DNA of 64,000 nt from Phoronis australis (taxonomy: Eukaryota; Animalia; Phoronida). Position numbers and translations under genes: made by a program. The notes under the pieces are model-generated. The model did no database searches and was not told the origin of the DNA. It worked only from the letters and a program-made list of their open reading frames with translations. Shown here in pieces: positions 24,901 through 39,900 of this stretch (its first letter is position 1; every line of letters begins with the position of its first letter). The stretch is taken from contig NMRA01000020.1 of assembly GCA_002633005.1 (NCBI GenBank), positions 397,621 to 461,620 on the forward strand. The letters are read 5' to 3'.

Positions 24901-27900
24901 ATTAATTAATAACTAAATATGTGATCGCTGCCATATTTCGATCGCTTGTTGATACAAGTGCCTCGCTTGAGTTTAGCAGTAATCTGAAATGACATGTTTC
25001 AAACCTATATTCGCGTAGCTTAGAGCTTTTTGCCCTACTGTTTACAGATATTTTGTACAAGATCAAGGTTGTCACTGGTGACCTCTTTGGGGCTGGCACG
25101 GATGCTAACGTGTTCGTAAACATCACTGGTGAAAATGGAGACTCGGGCGAAAGGGCGTTGGAGAAATCCAACAACATCAATAAGTTTGAGCGTGCACAGG
25201 AGGACATATTTGAAGTCAAGGCAGTTGACCTCGGGAAGTTGAAAAAGGTGAAGATTCGCCATGACAACAAGGGAGGGGGCGGAGCCTGGTTTCTGGACTA
25301 CGTTGAGGTGGAGAACACGAAAACAAAAGAAACGTAAGATTATGGTCTCCAATAGTGACAATGTGTCTCTCTTCTAACAAATTAGCTAGTAATACACTGT
25401 GTGATAATACGTTATTCACAAAGAGATTTATATTAATTATCGACAGGATTGCCTCAGAATTGACATTTCCTACTGTCCCTGAAGCTTCTTTATCCTGGCC
25501 ATGTTTAATTTTTTTAAGTTAACTTTTACTCAATCGTTTTTATGACTTCTGTGTTTGTTAGTACCATGATCATTGTAGCGTCCATTGTCCATTGTCCATT
25601 GTCCATTGCCCATTGTCCATTGTCCATTGTCCATTTTCGCAAAAATTATCCTTTGTTAATGGGCTTGAAGTGAGGTTCAAAAAATGTTTGTTTGTGAATA
25701 ACCTAATGGGTTAATGTCCAAATTTTTGTTTGAATCACATTTATTGATAGAGACAAAAACTTCTGTTTAAATTAAACAAATAGAATAATGGAAATTTGAT
25801 AATCTCTAAAAATAGTAAATTAAAGTCATTCAAGTTATGAAAATATTGATTAGATTAAAGTAATGTCCTGTAGTTATCATTCTTTCAAATGAAGTACCAG
25901 CACAACAGACTATTCTTGACTTCTCAATATAAATTTATTGGTTCCAGTATTTTCTTCCCATGTCAACGCTGGCTGGCTACTGACGAGGATGATGGACAGA
26001 TCTCTCGGGATCTTGTGCCAGTCGATAAGTCGCTGAAGCGCAAACTGTCTCGCAAGGACTCTGTAGCAATACGCAAAGAGATTGCTCTGGAGACCAAGGC
26101 TGAGATGACGACGTATCACGTGTACGTAACCACAGGGGACGTGTGGGGTGCCGGGACTGACGCAAATGTCTACGTCATGCTTTATGGCGAACAAGATGAC
26201 ACTGGTGAGTTGAAATTGTCTGAATGGTTAATTTCAATATTTATTGTTATTCCATCATAATCATGCATACATCATATGGAAAGACAACATCCACATTTTT
26301 CCTCAATCTCTCATTATTACAATTTCTTTCTTGCTTAAGTCAAGACCTGGGATTTAATCTTGGTACTCAAAACTTGCATCAAATATGTACCAATTGCATG
26401 GCACATGTCTGTTACAAGTCTGTATTCAAATATTGCAAGTTTGAGTTCAGAGGTCAGATCCTGACCCTAGGTCAAGTTGTTTCTTGGAAAACTGTGAAGA
26501 CTGTAGGCTTGAGAACAGTAGACATAAAACACAAAGTCTGTACGAGTTATTCACCTACAAGCCTCCTTCACCTAAGCTATCTCGTTACCCTTATTTAAGT
26601 ATGGCACCACGTCGCCAGGTAAAAATGACCATTTTTAAGTACGATAAAAGGGCTTTGTTGAAGCTAAAAACACCTTTCACTTCCATTCTGACCACGGTAT
26701 AACCACAGAAAATGAGATGTAACCTCATTTCACGACTCAATTATTTATGATTGTAACGAAATTAAATCAAAGCATTGGACATTCTCGGTTGTGTGAAACG
26801 TGATGTCCAAGGTTACAGCCCCAAAGTTACTTTGTCCTTTAAGTAATCTTGACAGTGAATTGGTCTGCTTATGTTTGCTCCCTGCTACTTTGAAGCTATT
26901 TAATGAAAGTCTGTAGTTATTTGTTATTTCATTGTACTTTCTATAATAGAATCTCAGATTTTACATAATTTCACTCTTTGCTTTCAGGTAAAATGTCCTT
27001 AAAGACATCTTTGACAAACAAGAACAAGTTTGAACGCGGCAAGACAGACGAGTTTGTATTAGAGGCAGCAGACATTGGTGATCTCAAGAAAATCAAGTGA
27101 GTTGTCATTAGCAGATCACGGTGTTGTCATTCCTGGCTCAGCTTTCAGCTATATGTAGCAGTGCTTGGAATTTTCCGCGGAAACGCGGATTCCAGCTTTT
27201 TTCAAATGTTCTGTCCGTGTATTTTATTATATTTCCGTGTAAACAAAATCAGATTTGATGTAGAATTTCCGCGGCAAATTTCTTTCTTACCGCCGCGTTG
27301 CCGACGACTTTCACCTCGAAAAGCGGAAGTTGCTCTTTATGTTTCGGAGGAACGTAAATTGTCAACATGGCCGGGGCATCTGGGATAGCGTGGTGGATTT
27401 CCTCAATGGCGGCTCGTGTGATTGTAAACCGCGGTGACAAATACTACGACTCTGCAGCCAAAAGTGGGAGTGGTGGACGAGCTAAGACAGATGCACGCTT
27501 CCAGAGGTGGTACCTTTTTTTTAGTCCTCTCGATTTTTGTCTGCAAAAGGTCCACACCGACTTTTTCAAGGCTGGCTGCGCGCATGTTTTGGGCCGTAAA
27601 AATTTCCGCGTTAATCGCCATTTGTCATCCCAAGCCCTGATGTAGGGGGTAATAAAACAATAATCTTCTCACCCAGGACCACATGCCCTTTGTTAAGCTG
27701 TGTTTAGTTACACATTCCAACTGGTAGAGTTGTATGCGTAAGGTTCACAAAGAACTGCTTTCACTGACCTTGCATGTCAATTTCAAAAGCTCTGTTGTGC
27801 GTGAACGACACCCATGATTTGCAACTGTGCACAAAATTGTAAACCACTATGCAGACTAGTTAACCCCTCCATGCCTAAACAGGAGGGATCCGACCACAAC

Positions 27901-30900
27901 TTCTGAAGAATGTTTGCGACACTCCCAGAAGCAAATCCTGCTATATTAGTTTTTTATTTTGACCTTACCGAAAGTCATAGTATATTGTTCTTGGTAAAAT
28001 TGTCCATTGAACAAGTTGTAGTGGTTTTTAGTCAGTGAAAAAATGGTTAATTTTAGTTTCAGGAGTCTAGTTTATTTTAATTTATAAGAGACGGTGTAAT
28101 TAGTCATTGCCATATTGGCCTTGGAGTGGACACCAAAGGTAATTGAACAAAATGACAAGATTGTTTTTGGCATGTATTGAATCCAAGGTGTTGATTATAT
28201 TCAACATTGCCTTTTTAGTTATTATTGACGCCATTCACATTTCTCGTGCACACTATGGTGAAGTGTGATGAGTCATACTATGCATACTCTGTAACATGAT
28301 TGATACTTTTTCATCAGGATCGGCCACGACAATGCCGGTGGTGGGGCCGCCTGGCATCTTGACAAGGTGGAGATTGATGCACCCTCTCTTGGCAAGAAAT
28401 GGAAGTTTCCGTGTGGCAGATGGCTGTCCCTTAAAGAAGACGATGGTCTCCTGGAGAGGGAGCTGATACCGCAGGACTTGGCGACTGAAGAATATGAAAA
28501 GTGTAAGTGAAATTTAGTGGATCACGCACAGGGTGAAAAAACAGCAGCAGCGTTAAAATTGGAACTTTATTTTTACATCAGACATCAGTATAAGTCTAGA
28601 TGAAGAAGTAGAAGAAGAAGTTCAATCTGAAAACAAACCAAAAATCACCATAAATACAAGAAATAATAATCTCTGCATGACACAGCAAATAAACCAACGT
28701 AAGTAAGTAATATCCAAAACCTGTCATGAAAACCCTAAGTACAATTCAAACTCATATATCAAAGCCACAAACCCGCTAATCAAAAACCGGATGTAAATAA
28801 ACAAACCACAGCGCCACACGGTGAACGGAAATAAACGTACTGCTAAGAGCGCCAACTGTCGAAAGAAATCTAAACTACACCTCTGAAAACACGTGTCTCT
28901 GAAACGAGAACCTTCACTGCCAAAGAATTACCCCTATTTTAAATATAAGAAGTCAGAAATTACAATATTACCTACACTGGAATACAACTAATAAGTCAAC
29001 AAAAAAAACTTACTTTCTTGAACGCTGTAACACATATTTCAATTGAAAAACTGGCAGGTAACTGAAACACATCCATCCAGTACAAGAATCAAGTGAGAAA
29101 AGCTCAGGGTAGCTGTAAATTTCATCCTGGCTAAGACAGGTTATACTAAAACAATAAATGTGGCATAGCCAAGCTGAAACATAAAATAAACAACAGAGGG
29201 CAGAACTGGTAAACTTAAAATAATACAAACTCTCAACGAAACATTTAGAGTTAAGTTTTTCGAGGATTTTTGAACTACGACAAGTCTTTGTTGATACAGA
29301 GCACATTGTCTGATATTTGAGAAATGTAATGAACACTTAAATCAGTCATGTCTCAGCCTTTAGAATCTTTGACTAACTGTAACGTGCAGGTGACCAAAAT
29401 TTTAGAATTTTTTATCATGAGTATCAGTCTGTAGTTGCAATCGTTTCCTCTTGAAAGTGCTGTTTTTACATAGCCACAAAATTCTTGAGTAACGATCTTA
29501 TAGTGGTGAGACAGATTTGACTACCATTGCGCCCCCTGTTGGCCTCAGTGGTAACAGTTGCAGTGATGTATTTTCTTTAGCTCAAAGATAGCCATCGATT
29601 ATTTTCAAATGGTCGTCAATCATTTTAAGCTAAGCCTTTGTGATGATTTTTTCTGAAACTTGAGACATTACTGGTGGTATGGGGGTGCCACCAATTGAAT
29701 TGTAGAAAAGTATAGTAATCTCACCCTATTGGATATTGCTTCAAAACAGCATAAGGTCATATGTATCTTCATAATAAGAGTGTCTTGTATCAACAGGGAA
29801 CATTTTTGTTAGGTCTTTTGACATTTACTTTCTGTGCACCTCATGTCAGTATTTCCATATCGCTGCAGGTGTGCCTTATGAGATTACAACCTACACTAGT
29901 GACATCTCTGGGTCATCTACTGATGCAGATGTTTACGTCGTCATTTATGGCAAAGAGAGTTGTACAGACAAAAAATCACTCTGTGCCACTAAGAAGGAGC
30001 GCAAGAAATGTTTTGAGAGAAAGAGCGTGGATAAATTTGTGTTAGAGGTTAGTAACTGTCTTCTCTTTATCTGGCACAATGAGCTTGGAGGGAATAACTA
30101 GTCCACACAGTGGCTTAGAATTTTGCAGACCATTACAAATCATGGGAGTCATTTACACACAGTTAACCTTTTGAAATTGACATGCAAGGTCAGTGATAGC
30201 AGTTGTTTGTAAACCCTGCTCTTAGTCATACAGCTGTCCCAGGTGGACTGTGTAACTGAACTTAAAGGGTTTATGTTCCTGGCTGTGAAGATTGCCCCTC
30301 ATGAATTTTGGAATACTTGAGCCTGGAATGTGGGACTTTACTCAACCCCTATCAAAGTTGAAAAGTAAATTTTGACCTGGTCTTTGAGTGCAGTCCCATA
30401 CAAGGGGTATCACAAAGCCTTTGGAGGGGGTCAGTTGTTCCCTGTTGGAAAAATTGACAATTTTGTGCTTCGGTCATGCCATGCTTCTGAATTCATATTT
30501 CTTTGTTACTGGACAAGTATAATCTAGGCTCTTGAAATCTAGATTTATGATGGAAAACTTTAATTCTGCCATCTTCGAAAACTAACTAAATTGGCTAGAC
30601 ATCTCATCATTTTAAATTTGGTGACATCTTAAATTGTCCCTAATACTCTAATTGGAATTTGATTTCTGAGCTGAAGAAGTATTTTGTGTATTGTTGCTTG
30701 ATATCACGCCGAATTAGTTGCCTTGACTTAGCTGATCGTTTTATGAATTCTAGTTGAAAATGAGTTGATGTTTAAACTTTCTTTGCCCAGAAACTTTGTT
30801 GAACTTAGACGTTGATTGTCCAGTTAATTTTGAGAAGTTCCTTAAGATGTCATTGTTGTCTGTGATCCAAAACTTAAGGTGCCCAAGGAACAAGGTAATC

Positions 30901-33900
30901 GGTTTATACTGTTTCAGTTGGAAGATGTGGGCGACACGATTGAAAAGATTCGCGTTGGTCACGATGGATCAGGGTTTGGAGCAGGATGGCATCTGGACAA
31001 AGTGGAAGTGAGGCGACTCAAGGAAGATAACAAGGTAGGCGAGATGAAGACTGTTGATGTACCGTTGTTTTTAATGTATGCGTCTGATACAAGTATAAGT
31101 GGTAAAATTAAGGTTATGGACGACCTTGTTGACAGATCTGCCTAGCCAAAAGCCTGATGTTTTTTTTGACCTTTTACATCTCTGTCATTAACTGGGTCAC
31201 TTGACCATGTCTTTTTTATAACTAAAAAGTAAAATTGATGAAAATAGAAACAAAGTACAATGATAGCAAAGCAAGATTTTCGATAGCATTTGTTTTGATC
31301 AAATTTTGTTTGATGTGAATGTTCAAGATGAGGCCTCGAAATTGCTGTTACAGTTTTCTAAAATATCATATGAATCTTGATTTTGTTTTCATTTCATGTT
31401 CAAATTTTTTCTGATGGTTTCATTAATGTTAATTCTCAATCAATTCAAATAGCAAAACTGGTGAAAACCTCCCACATTATGTGGTCTTTAGTTTTTTATT
31501 AGTTTATTGTGCTGTGTAAGGCTGGGACATGTGACCAAAATAGTCGTCTGCTTTTTAAATGTTCGCAGAAACATGTTTATGCTTGCCATGGTTTGGGCTG
31601 GAATGCTTATTAATGAAACCTGTGACTGTTTTGTTTCTTCATTACTGGTAATGTCTTGCAGGGTTCACATACTTACGTGTTCCCTTGTAATCGTTGGCTG
31701 GCCCGTGACGAAGAAGACGGCGCCATAGAGCGTGAACTAGTGCCCTCTAAGGTCGAGGAGGAAATCATCAAGAAAGACGGAACTGTCAAGAAGAAGGAGA
31801 AAGAAACCAAGAATACTCTGCAAAGTATGTGGTTTGGCTTGTTTTTGTGGGCCTGCATTTTGTATTCTTTTCACTTTCAGTTTCCATTTCATGAATAGTG
31901 GATTAGTAGTCATGGTAACAGTAGCGTTATGTTGTAACTGAGAATGCCATGACGTGTCTCCAGACAGAAGAAATTTCTGTGCATTCTCAACTTTTGAAAA
32001 TTAAATTTCATTTTTTAGAACAAAACAGTCTGACAAGTGACTACAAGTTAGCAGGCATTATTTCTTTCATATCACGCTGTGTATTTTGTGGACTTAGTAT
32101 AAGGCATCTTGAAAACTGTTAGCATTGAATCAAAATTTCCAATTTTCTTGTACCTTCATGGCAGTCGGTTGGTGAAGGATTTTCCACATTAAGACTATGA
32201 TTTTTGAAATGATTGTTGGGTATGACATTCTTTGCACAATTTGGAGATAAATTACTTCCTCCGTACAGTTTCTCATGTGAACAAGAGTCTCACACGTATC
32301 ATGTGAACATATTTATTAATACTTAGTTGATAAATTTGTTTGTAGGTAAGAAGTACACTGTAAATATTTTGACGGGCGACGTGCGCGGTGCCGGCACTGA
32401 TGCTAATGTGTACCTGACCGTGTTTGGTGACAAGGGTGACACAGGGGAGCGCAAATTGGCCAATTCTGAGACACACAGGGACAAGTTTGAACGCAATCAG
32501 GTACTACAAACTGGTGTACATTGAAGATATTTTGGGCACTGTTTAGGTAACATGACGATTACCTTGGGACATCCGGTTTTACACAATGACGGGTGTCGAG
32601 TATTTTGATTTAATTTTTCCACGGTTCACAAATTGTGAAATAAGGTGAGTTGATAGTGTCTTCTTGTTATTTGTTGTTATTTTGTTATCAGAATGTAACT
32701 CATAACATAATTATTACTTTGGCATATCCCATTTTACACTGTGGCGGGTGTACAGTATTTAATAAATTATTCAAGTTAACACTTTCTTCTTGTTATCTCT
32801 TGCTCTACTTTTGTCAGAATGGAGGTCACAAGTGTTAGTCTTATGCTTCATAATTGTAATTTTAATTTATCTTACTTGAAGTTGGCCATTTTTGACCCAC
32901 CCAAGCTGACGTTAACTTTTTATTTTCATCAATTTAGAACACAATGAGTTTCATTGGCCGAAGATTCTTTTATAAGCAACTTACAGCAGCCCTGTATGTA
33001 CTAATTCAGATATCACTCACAAGACTACTTGCTGACCATTTTGTGGTGCACATCCAGAAATTATAAAATTTTCTATATTTGAAAATTGATGTGAAGTTGA
33101 TTGAGCATCATTTGGAATATGTTTTATGGTAACGTATGAAAAAATGACTGTGAAAGATTATATATTTCCACAAAGGATATTAGGAAATGATTTCAATTTG
33201 GTGTTTATCAAATAATTATTTTAGTTCATTCAAGGAAATAGTTTTCACTTATCCCAACTACTTTAGGTTGTATTACATAACATTTCTTTCTTTTTTCAGA
33301 CTGATGTATTTACCGTAGAGGCGGTTGATCTTGGAAAAATTTTCAAAATCAAAATTCGCCACGACAACTCCATGCTATCTCCAGCGTGGTTCTTGAACCG
33401 CGTCGAAGTCATTGATAACGACGACAAGAAAGAGACTTATGTGTTTCACTGTGAACGATGGCTAGGCAAGAACAAGGATGATGGGAAAATTGAGAGGTCA
33501 CTCTATGTTAAGGTAACGTTTAGTAACAATTGGACAAAATCACCCAGATGTGTCTGTCATGATGACCACAGTTTTCAAAAAATTGGACAACGTGGAAATT
33601 TGACATTACTGTACTTAGAATGATCAAGCTGCACAGAAGAAACTTAACTCTTAAAACTGGTCTAACTGTTACTCACTGAAGAAAGAAGTGTTTGCAACTC
33701 CATGCATTGTTATATTGAAATGTTGCTCTTTGTTTGCCAATCATGGCTTTCATAACTTTCTGGTTTTTATGATCATCTCAAATGTTGTGGAGAACATGTA
33801 AGCTATACTACATTCAATGCATACCTGGCCCTATCTTGTTTGAATCAACTATGTCGTTACTAAATGTTTCTAGGGTTACGACGGTGATATGTCTAGTGCC

Positions 33901-36900
33901 GGTACTATCCGGTCCAGTCGTTTTGGTGGCTCTACCGCTAGCCTTGAATCGGTAAGAACTAACGACCCGTTCGCCAAGAGTCCACGATCAAGCAGGCGCA
34001 ACACGCTGGAAGATGTGCCGGAGGGACCGAGTGAGTGGAGCATTGTGGGAAATATTTTCGGGAATTTTAGGATATGGTTTGGGCTGACTGTTAGACACCA
34101 TTGACACGAGTTTTAGAACATACAGGTTGTAGAGTACACGGGTTACAGAACACATGGGTTGCAGAACACATGGGTTGCAGAACACATGTGTTGCAGAACA
34201 CATGGGTTGCAGAACACACGGGTTGCAGAACTCTTGGGTTGCAAAAAACACAGGTTGCACAACACATGGCTTTGCAGAACATACAAGTTGTAGAACTGTT
34301 GACAATCACAATTTGAAAATGGTTTAAGTAGTTTCTTAAAACTACTTAAAGATCAATTTATTGTCAGTGCCACTAATAAAGCCACAACATCTTTTGTCTT
34401 GTATTCATTTTAAAACTTTAAAAGTTGTTACAGTGGTTTAGCTTATTGTTAATATCATGGAGTTGTGCTATGATCTGATTGGAGTTCATTGATTGGAGTT
34501 CATTGATTGGAGTTCATTGATTACTTCTGAGGTTGTCACAATCTTAATATATTCGGGTTTAAAGGTAGTAACTCCTGTGCACGCATTGAAACTGCTAGTG
34601 TTGGACTTTTCAGCCATCCCGTATACGGTCAAGGTGCTGACCGGGGATGGAGAGGACAATGGAACTGACAGCAATGCCTGGATCCGGTTCCACGGAGCCA
34701 AGAAGAAGGTGTCGCGTCAGATATTCTTGGAGCTGACGCAGAAGGAACGCTTCGCTCCGGGATCCATCGAGACATTCTCTGTGGAGGCTGTGGAGCTGTC
34801 AGAAATCAAGAGAGTTGAGGTAATATATTGAGTTGAGAAACATTGATCACTTGCTGGTGTTTGCCATATACCTCCGAACACTCAGTTAAACTAAATAATT
34901 CTGGGTTGTCTGGTACACGTTGTGCCAGACGTGCACAGATCGCTCAACTAGGCCCATTGCACTGAACCCTTGGAACCTTTTTATGCTTTAGTTACAGTAA
35001 TATCTAGATAAAGGCGGGTCAATGAGCTAATGTGACTCGAGGGTCTAGCAGTGTACCCCAGTGGCATTTGAACCCATTACAATTGCATAGACCCACGCAA
35101 CATTGTATATTGGAGTGAATTGAGTGGTACTTTTGTCCATGGAAACGGGAGAATTAAGGTTAGCAGGAAATGAAATTGTTGGTTTGTCATGTTGTTTAGT
35201 GTTATTTCTTACAACTTATCACAATTGCATCCAAGATGACGCACCCATAAACTCAATATCCCTCTTCTACTTAATTGTGTCAAATAAGGCATAAAGGCAG
35301 CTTCATGCAAACACTGCCATACGTCGTACAGTACTTGCCAAAAGTAATTGGACAAAGCACTGTTACTCAGTCATGACGAGTCATTACATGGCTTTGATGA
35401 ACCTGTTGCACCTGGCCTATTAGTTTATAATCACACAGCAGTCCTGAAATGACGATTAATCCAACTGATTGTCTATAGATCGGCCATGACGGTGTGACTC
35501 CAGGCAGTGGCTGGTTCCTGAAGGAGGTTCAAGTTGACATGCCAACAAAAGGGAAGCACTATGCTTTTACATGTAAACAGTGGCTGGCCAAGGATAAGAG
35601 TGATGGAAAGACGTCGCGCATCCTCAGTACGCAGGACGGCGACAGTGTTATGACCTCGTACAAAGCACGTATGTATTTGAGAGTACCCATTACACTTCTT
35701 AGCAAAAAGTTAAATTATTCGGGTTTTGAAATCTTAATTCTTTTTAATTCGTTTTATGCTATATGACTGTCATCAACAATACTTGGTAAAATATGGGGCT
35801 GTAGTAGATTTAAAAATTTTTATTTAAAAAGTTGACGACAAAAATAATTCAGTAATATTCACTTGATTTTGAAGATTCTTTGAGTTCATGTTGCAGAATC
35901 TACCTGTCCTTTTCAGTGGTCCCCTATGAAGTGACTGTCTACACTGGTGATGTGGAAAGTGCGGGATGTGATGCCCAAGTGTTCATTCAGGCATTCGGTG
36001 TAAATGGCTCCACGCAAGAGGTGACGTTAGACAAGGCTGGAGAGAGATTTGAGCGAGGACGAGCGGATCTTATCAAGGTATGTTCATTGGTCCGGATTAT
36101 TTTATTGGTCTGGATTATTTTATTGGTCTGGATTATTTTATTGGTCTGGATTATTTTATTGGTCTGGATTATTTTATTGGTCTGGATTACTTTATTGGTC
36201 TGGATTATTTTATTGGTCTGGATTATTTTATTGGTCCGGATTACTTTATTGGACTAAGAGCTCTCTTGTTTAAGTTGTTTACTAGGTTTGTTAAAGTTGT
36301 GGTGGAGAAACTGACAGATAGCTAAACACAAATCGTAAATTTGTGTCAATTTTAGGATAAAACTTGTCTTAAGCTGGTTCCAAGAAAGTGATCTTAGGTT
36401 TAAATTGAGTTTTGTCTTCAGTTTGACTAAGTTGCTGGATGTGGAAGTTTCAACGTTTGGAAGTTGAGACAAATCTCAGACATTTATAAGTCAAATATGA
36501 ACTAAGTCAGTTTCTTGGAACGGCCCCATTGTTTTAATTTTTTTCAATTTGTAGTAGAATAGTGGAGAATAACTCTACTTAGTAGCAACGTTGTGTTGTG
36601 TTGTGTTGTGGACAGCCTCTGTCCGTCAGTGAGATGGTTGTATTCAGTAACTAAGTGTGGAACACTCAATTACACTAGTAAAGCAACTGGCAGTAGCAAG
36701 ATGAGGACTGTCTTTATTAGACAAGTGAACGGATTTATATACAAGTTACAAGTATGTGGGTTGCATGCACTAAACTTTATGATTCAATATTCTACAGGAA
36801 AATAACAGGAAGCAACTCTAAAAACTTCCACAACAATCATCTGAACTACTCTGTTGTGTTTGCCATATATGGTAATGGTCAGCTGTCTTTAGGCTATGTT

Positions 36901-39900
36901 TCTGTGAATGACCATTATGCAATCTTGTTTACTACAGAGATCATAAATCGTGTGGATGCACCGGATGGGTTGGTCGCTGACTCAGCTGACAGCCAAAACA
37001 AGTTTCTATAAACACAAACAATTGGCTAGCAAAGAAATAATATCAATAATACTATCAGACTAACATACTAAGAATTATACATGTATCATGAATATCACAG
37101 ATTTCATGACACAGTTATTAAAGACATGAAGTAGCCCCAAATCATTTTTTAGTTCAGTACTGTAGCTACCTTCAGACTATGTGTTGAGAAATTGAAGGCA
37201 TTTCCTATAATGTTGGAAGTCTTTTGAAAACATCAGCAAGATTTGGGACAAAAATTATTGCCCAACTTTCCATTTTTTTAAATTTTCAATGTATTCTGTC
37301 GTTGTTGTGACAGAATACCTGGAAAAATGGGAAGTATTCTATCATTGTTGTGAGTATCCACGATTTCTCAAAAACATCGTCTTGATGCTAGCTGTGGTAT
37401 AGCGCCCAGATACAGTGAAACATATGATATAAATTAGACACTTATTGACCATGTTGTGTCCTAAATTAGTGACATTTTATCGTGATGACCTTTCTCCGTT
37501 TTATTCATCCGCTTGGCCCAAAACTAGACGGTGCAATCCATTTTCAGTTGGAACTAGACGATATCGCTCCTCTGAAGAAGCTGCGTATCGGACACCATGG
37601 CAAAGGAAGTCGTCCGGACTGGTTTGTGGAAAAGGTCGAGTTGCGTAACATGGACACGGGTGACCTGACCTTGTTCAAGTGTAATAAATGGTTGAGCAAG
37701 TCAAAAGAGGACGGAAAACTTGTACGGGACCTCCCGGCGACTGTGAAGGGCAAAGATCAGATTAAAAGTACGATATTGTTTCCTGTGTTTGCATATTAGT
37801 TATATCTGCTGGCACTAGAGGGGGCTCTTACTCAAGATTACTGCTTCATTAACATTTTCCTGTAAAACAAATGTCACCTTGGATATTATTGTCTTTTGGT
37901 CATAAGATGTGTAACTGCTGTGCCATAATGAGTTGTTTGGGTGTACACGCCACTTTCACCGTCCATATTTCTAGGGTCCTGTTTTGTGCAAAGTGACTTA
38001 AGTTTTAAGTCGGATATTCAATCTTATGCTGTCAGTTCATTATTTATGAATAAATGTTTTGTATGTTCTTTATTATTATATCACAGCTTAGCAGTGATTT
38101 CTACATATCATCTCAGTGTGTAAATACCAGTCAGACTTTATACTTTGCTGCATTTGAATAAAATAATTTTTTTGGAAATGGTTGTTCACAGTGCAAAAGG
38201 ATGACTTCAGCGTAAAGTAAATTTTCCCGATGGAACTAGACTACAGATCATCTGCACTTTGTGGGTGTCAGCGTTTTACATGTCTTTGGCATCTTTATTG
38301 CTGCAAAAATGCCAACGACGACTCGTAAGCCTAATGGTGCTCCAGGATTACATATTAAGGATCTGCAAGGCATGCAGCTTTCACTTCACACTTGAGCTGT
38401 ACCCAACAGGCAGTACGGCAGGCGTTTGCCAGTTTGGTACATTTCTGAGCTGTACACATATTTTAGGTTTTTTATGCAAATTTTGAATTGTCTAAGTCAA
38501 TGATTTATGACGTTAACGGCTGCATTCAAATTGTTTAATACGGAATGGTTAGTCATAACAATTGAACGGTTCCTGATGGTGAAAATTTGAAGAGCCAAAG
38601 ACGTTTAAAGATATTATACAGGATGCTTCTTTTTCAGAAACAACATACAAAATAACCGTTAAGACGAGTGATGTCCGAGGAGCGGGTACTGACGCCAATG
38701 TTTATGTTCTTCTGTTTGGACAAAATGGAGATTCTGGTGACCTTCACCTTGCAAAGTCGGAAACATTCAAAGATCCATTTGAAAACAATCAGGAAGATGT
38801 GTTCACATTTCCGGATTTATTATCTCTTGGAGAGCTGTCCAAGTGCCGAGTGTGGCATGATAATAAAGGTATTTAGAGTCGTGATGTATTTTGGGGATTT
38901 TTTGCCCAATTTTTCCTGTAATCATGTGAAGTGGCATTTGTTTAACCTTGTTTGATATCATTGTTTTTATCATTAGATAACGATTGTCTTTATGAATAGA
39001 CTGGTTGTCACACATATCCAGTGCTATCAATTAATGTATTCCCATTCCGATTCGCATTCTGTCCCATCTGTCTGCAACTAAGAAAAGCACATGGGAGCAG
39101 ACGACACAATTTAATTGGAAGATCTGATCAGTGAAGAGCTTGGAATTTAGAAGGTGGTGCCAATGAAACGAAGATCTGTTCTGAATTCATTCATGAAATA
39201 TTTGTCTGTGGCACAAGTCTGCTGAGGAAGAAAATGCGATTCGGTGATGCATAGATTTGAACATAATTTCAATATTGTTGTTTAATGTTTCCCGTTTTGA
39301 ATAGGTCTGGGAGCTGCATGGCATCTAGCTCACATCGAAGTGGAAGATGTTAATCGCAAAAAGAAGTTCATGTTCCCATGTAATAAATGGTTGAGCAAGT
39401 CTGAGGATGACAAACAGATCCTGCGAGAGTTGACCTGCGCTAGTGGGGGGTCAGGGAAGGATTCACCAGGCAAAGATAGAATAAGTGAGCAGTGATTAGC
39501 TATTGTTTGTAAAGTCAATGTGTTAGGCGAATTTTGATTCGATGATAGCTCAGTGGTCAAAATTATCTGTTGGCACTGTAAGTGGATGTCCACATACCTA
39601 CATCATTGTACCCAGTGTATTGTAATAATTGGTTTGCATTTTTGTAGCCTACGAGATCACCGCGGTAACCAGTGACAAGAAAGATGGTGGAATGATCCAC
39701 CACGGCTGGATTGTGTTGGTTGGCGAGAAAAAGAAGAAGTCAAAGCCATTCATTATGGAGAACAGCGCTAAAAATAAAGTTTTGAGAGGGTATTTACCTG
39801 CATATTTTGCTCATCTTTAGCTTGCGGGGGGCAGACGTCTTTTGAATAATGAATCTCTAGCTTAGCTTTCTTTGCTGTGAGCATTAAATAGTTATTCGTG

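Noticed and set aside
33988-34316. Cys-rich ORFs (metallothionein/keratin-associated-like)
   Set aside because: They are translations of the 16-bp minisatellite.
36049-36325. ORFs with WSGLFY / IGLDYF repeats
   Set aside because: They are translations of the 18-bp minisatellite in an intron.
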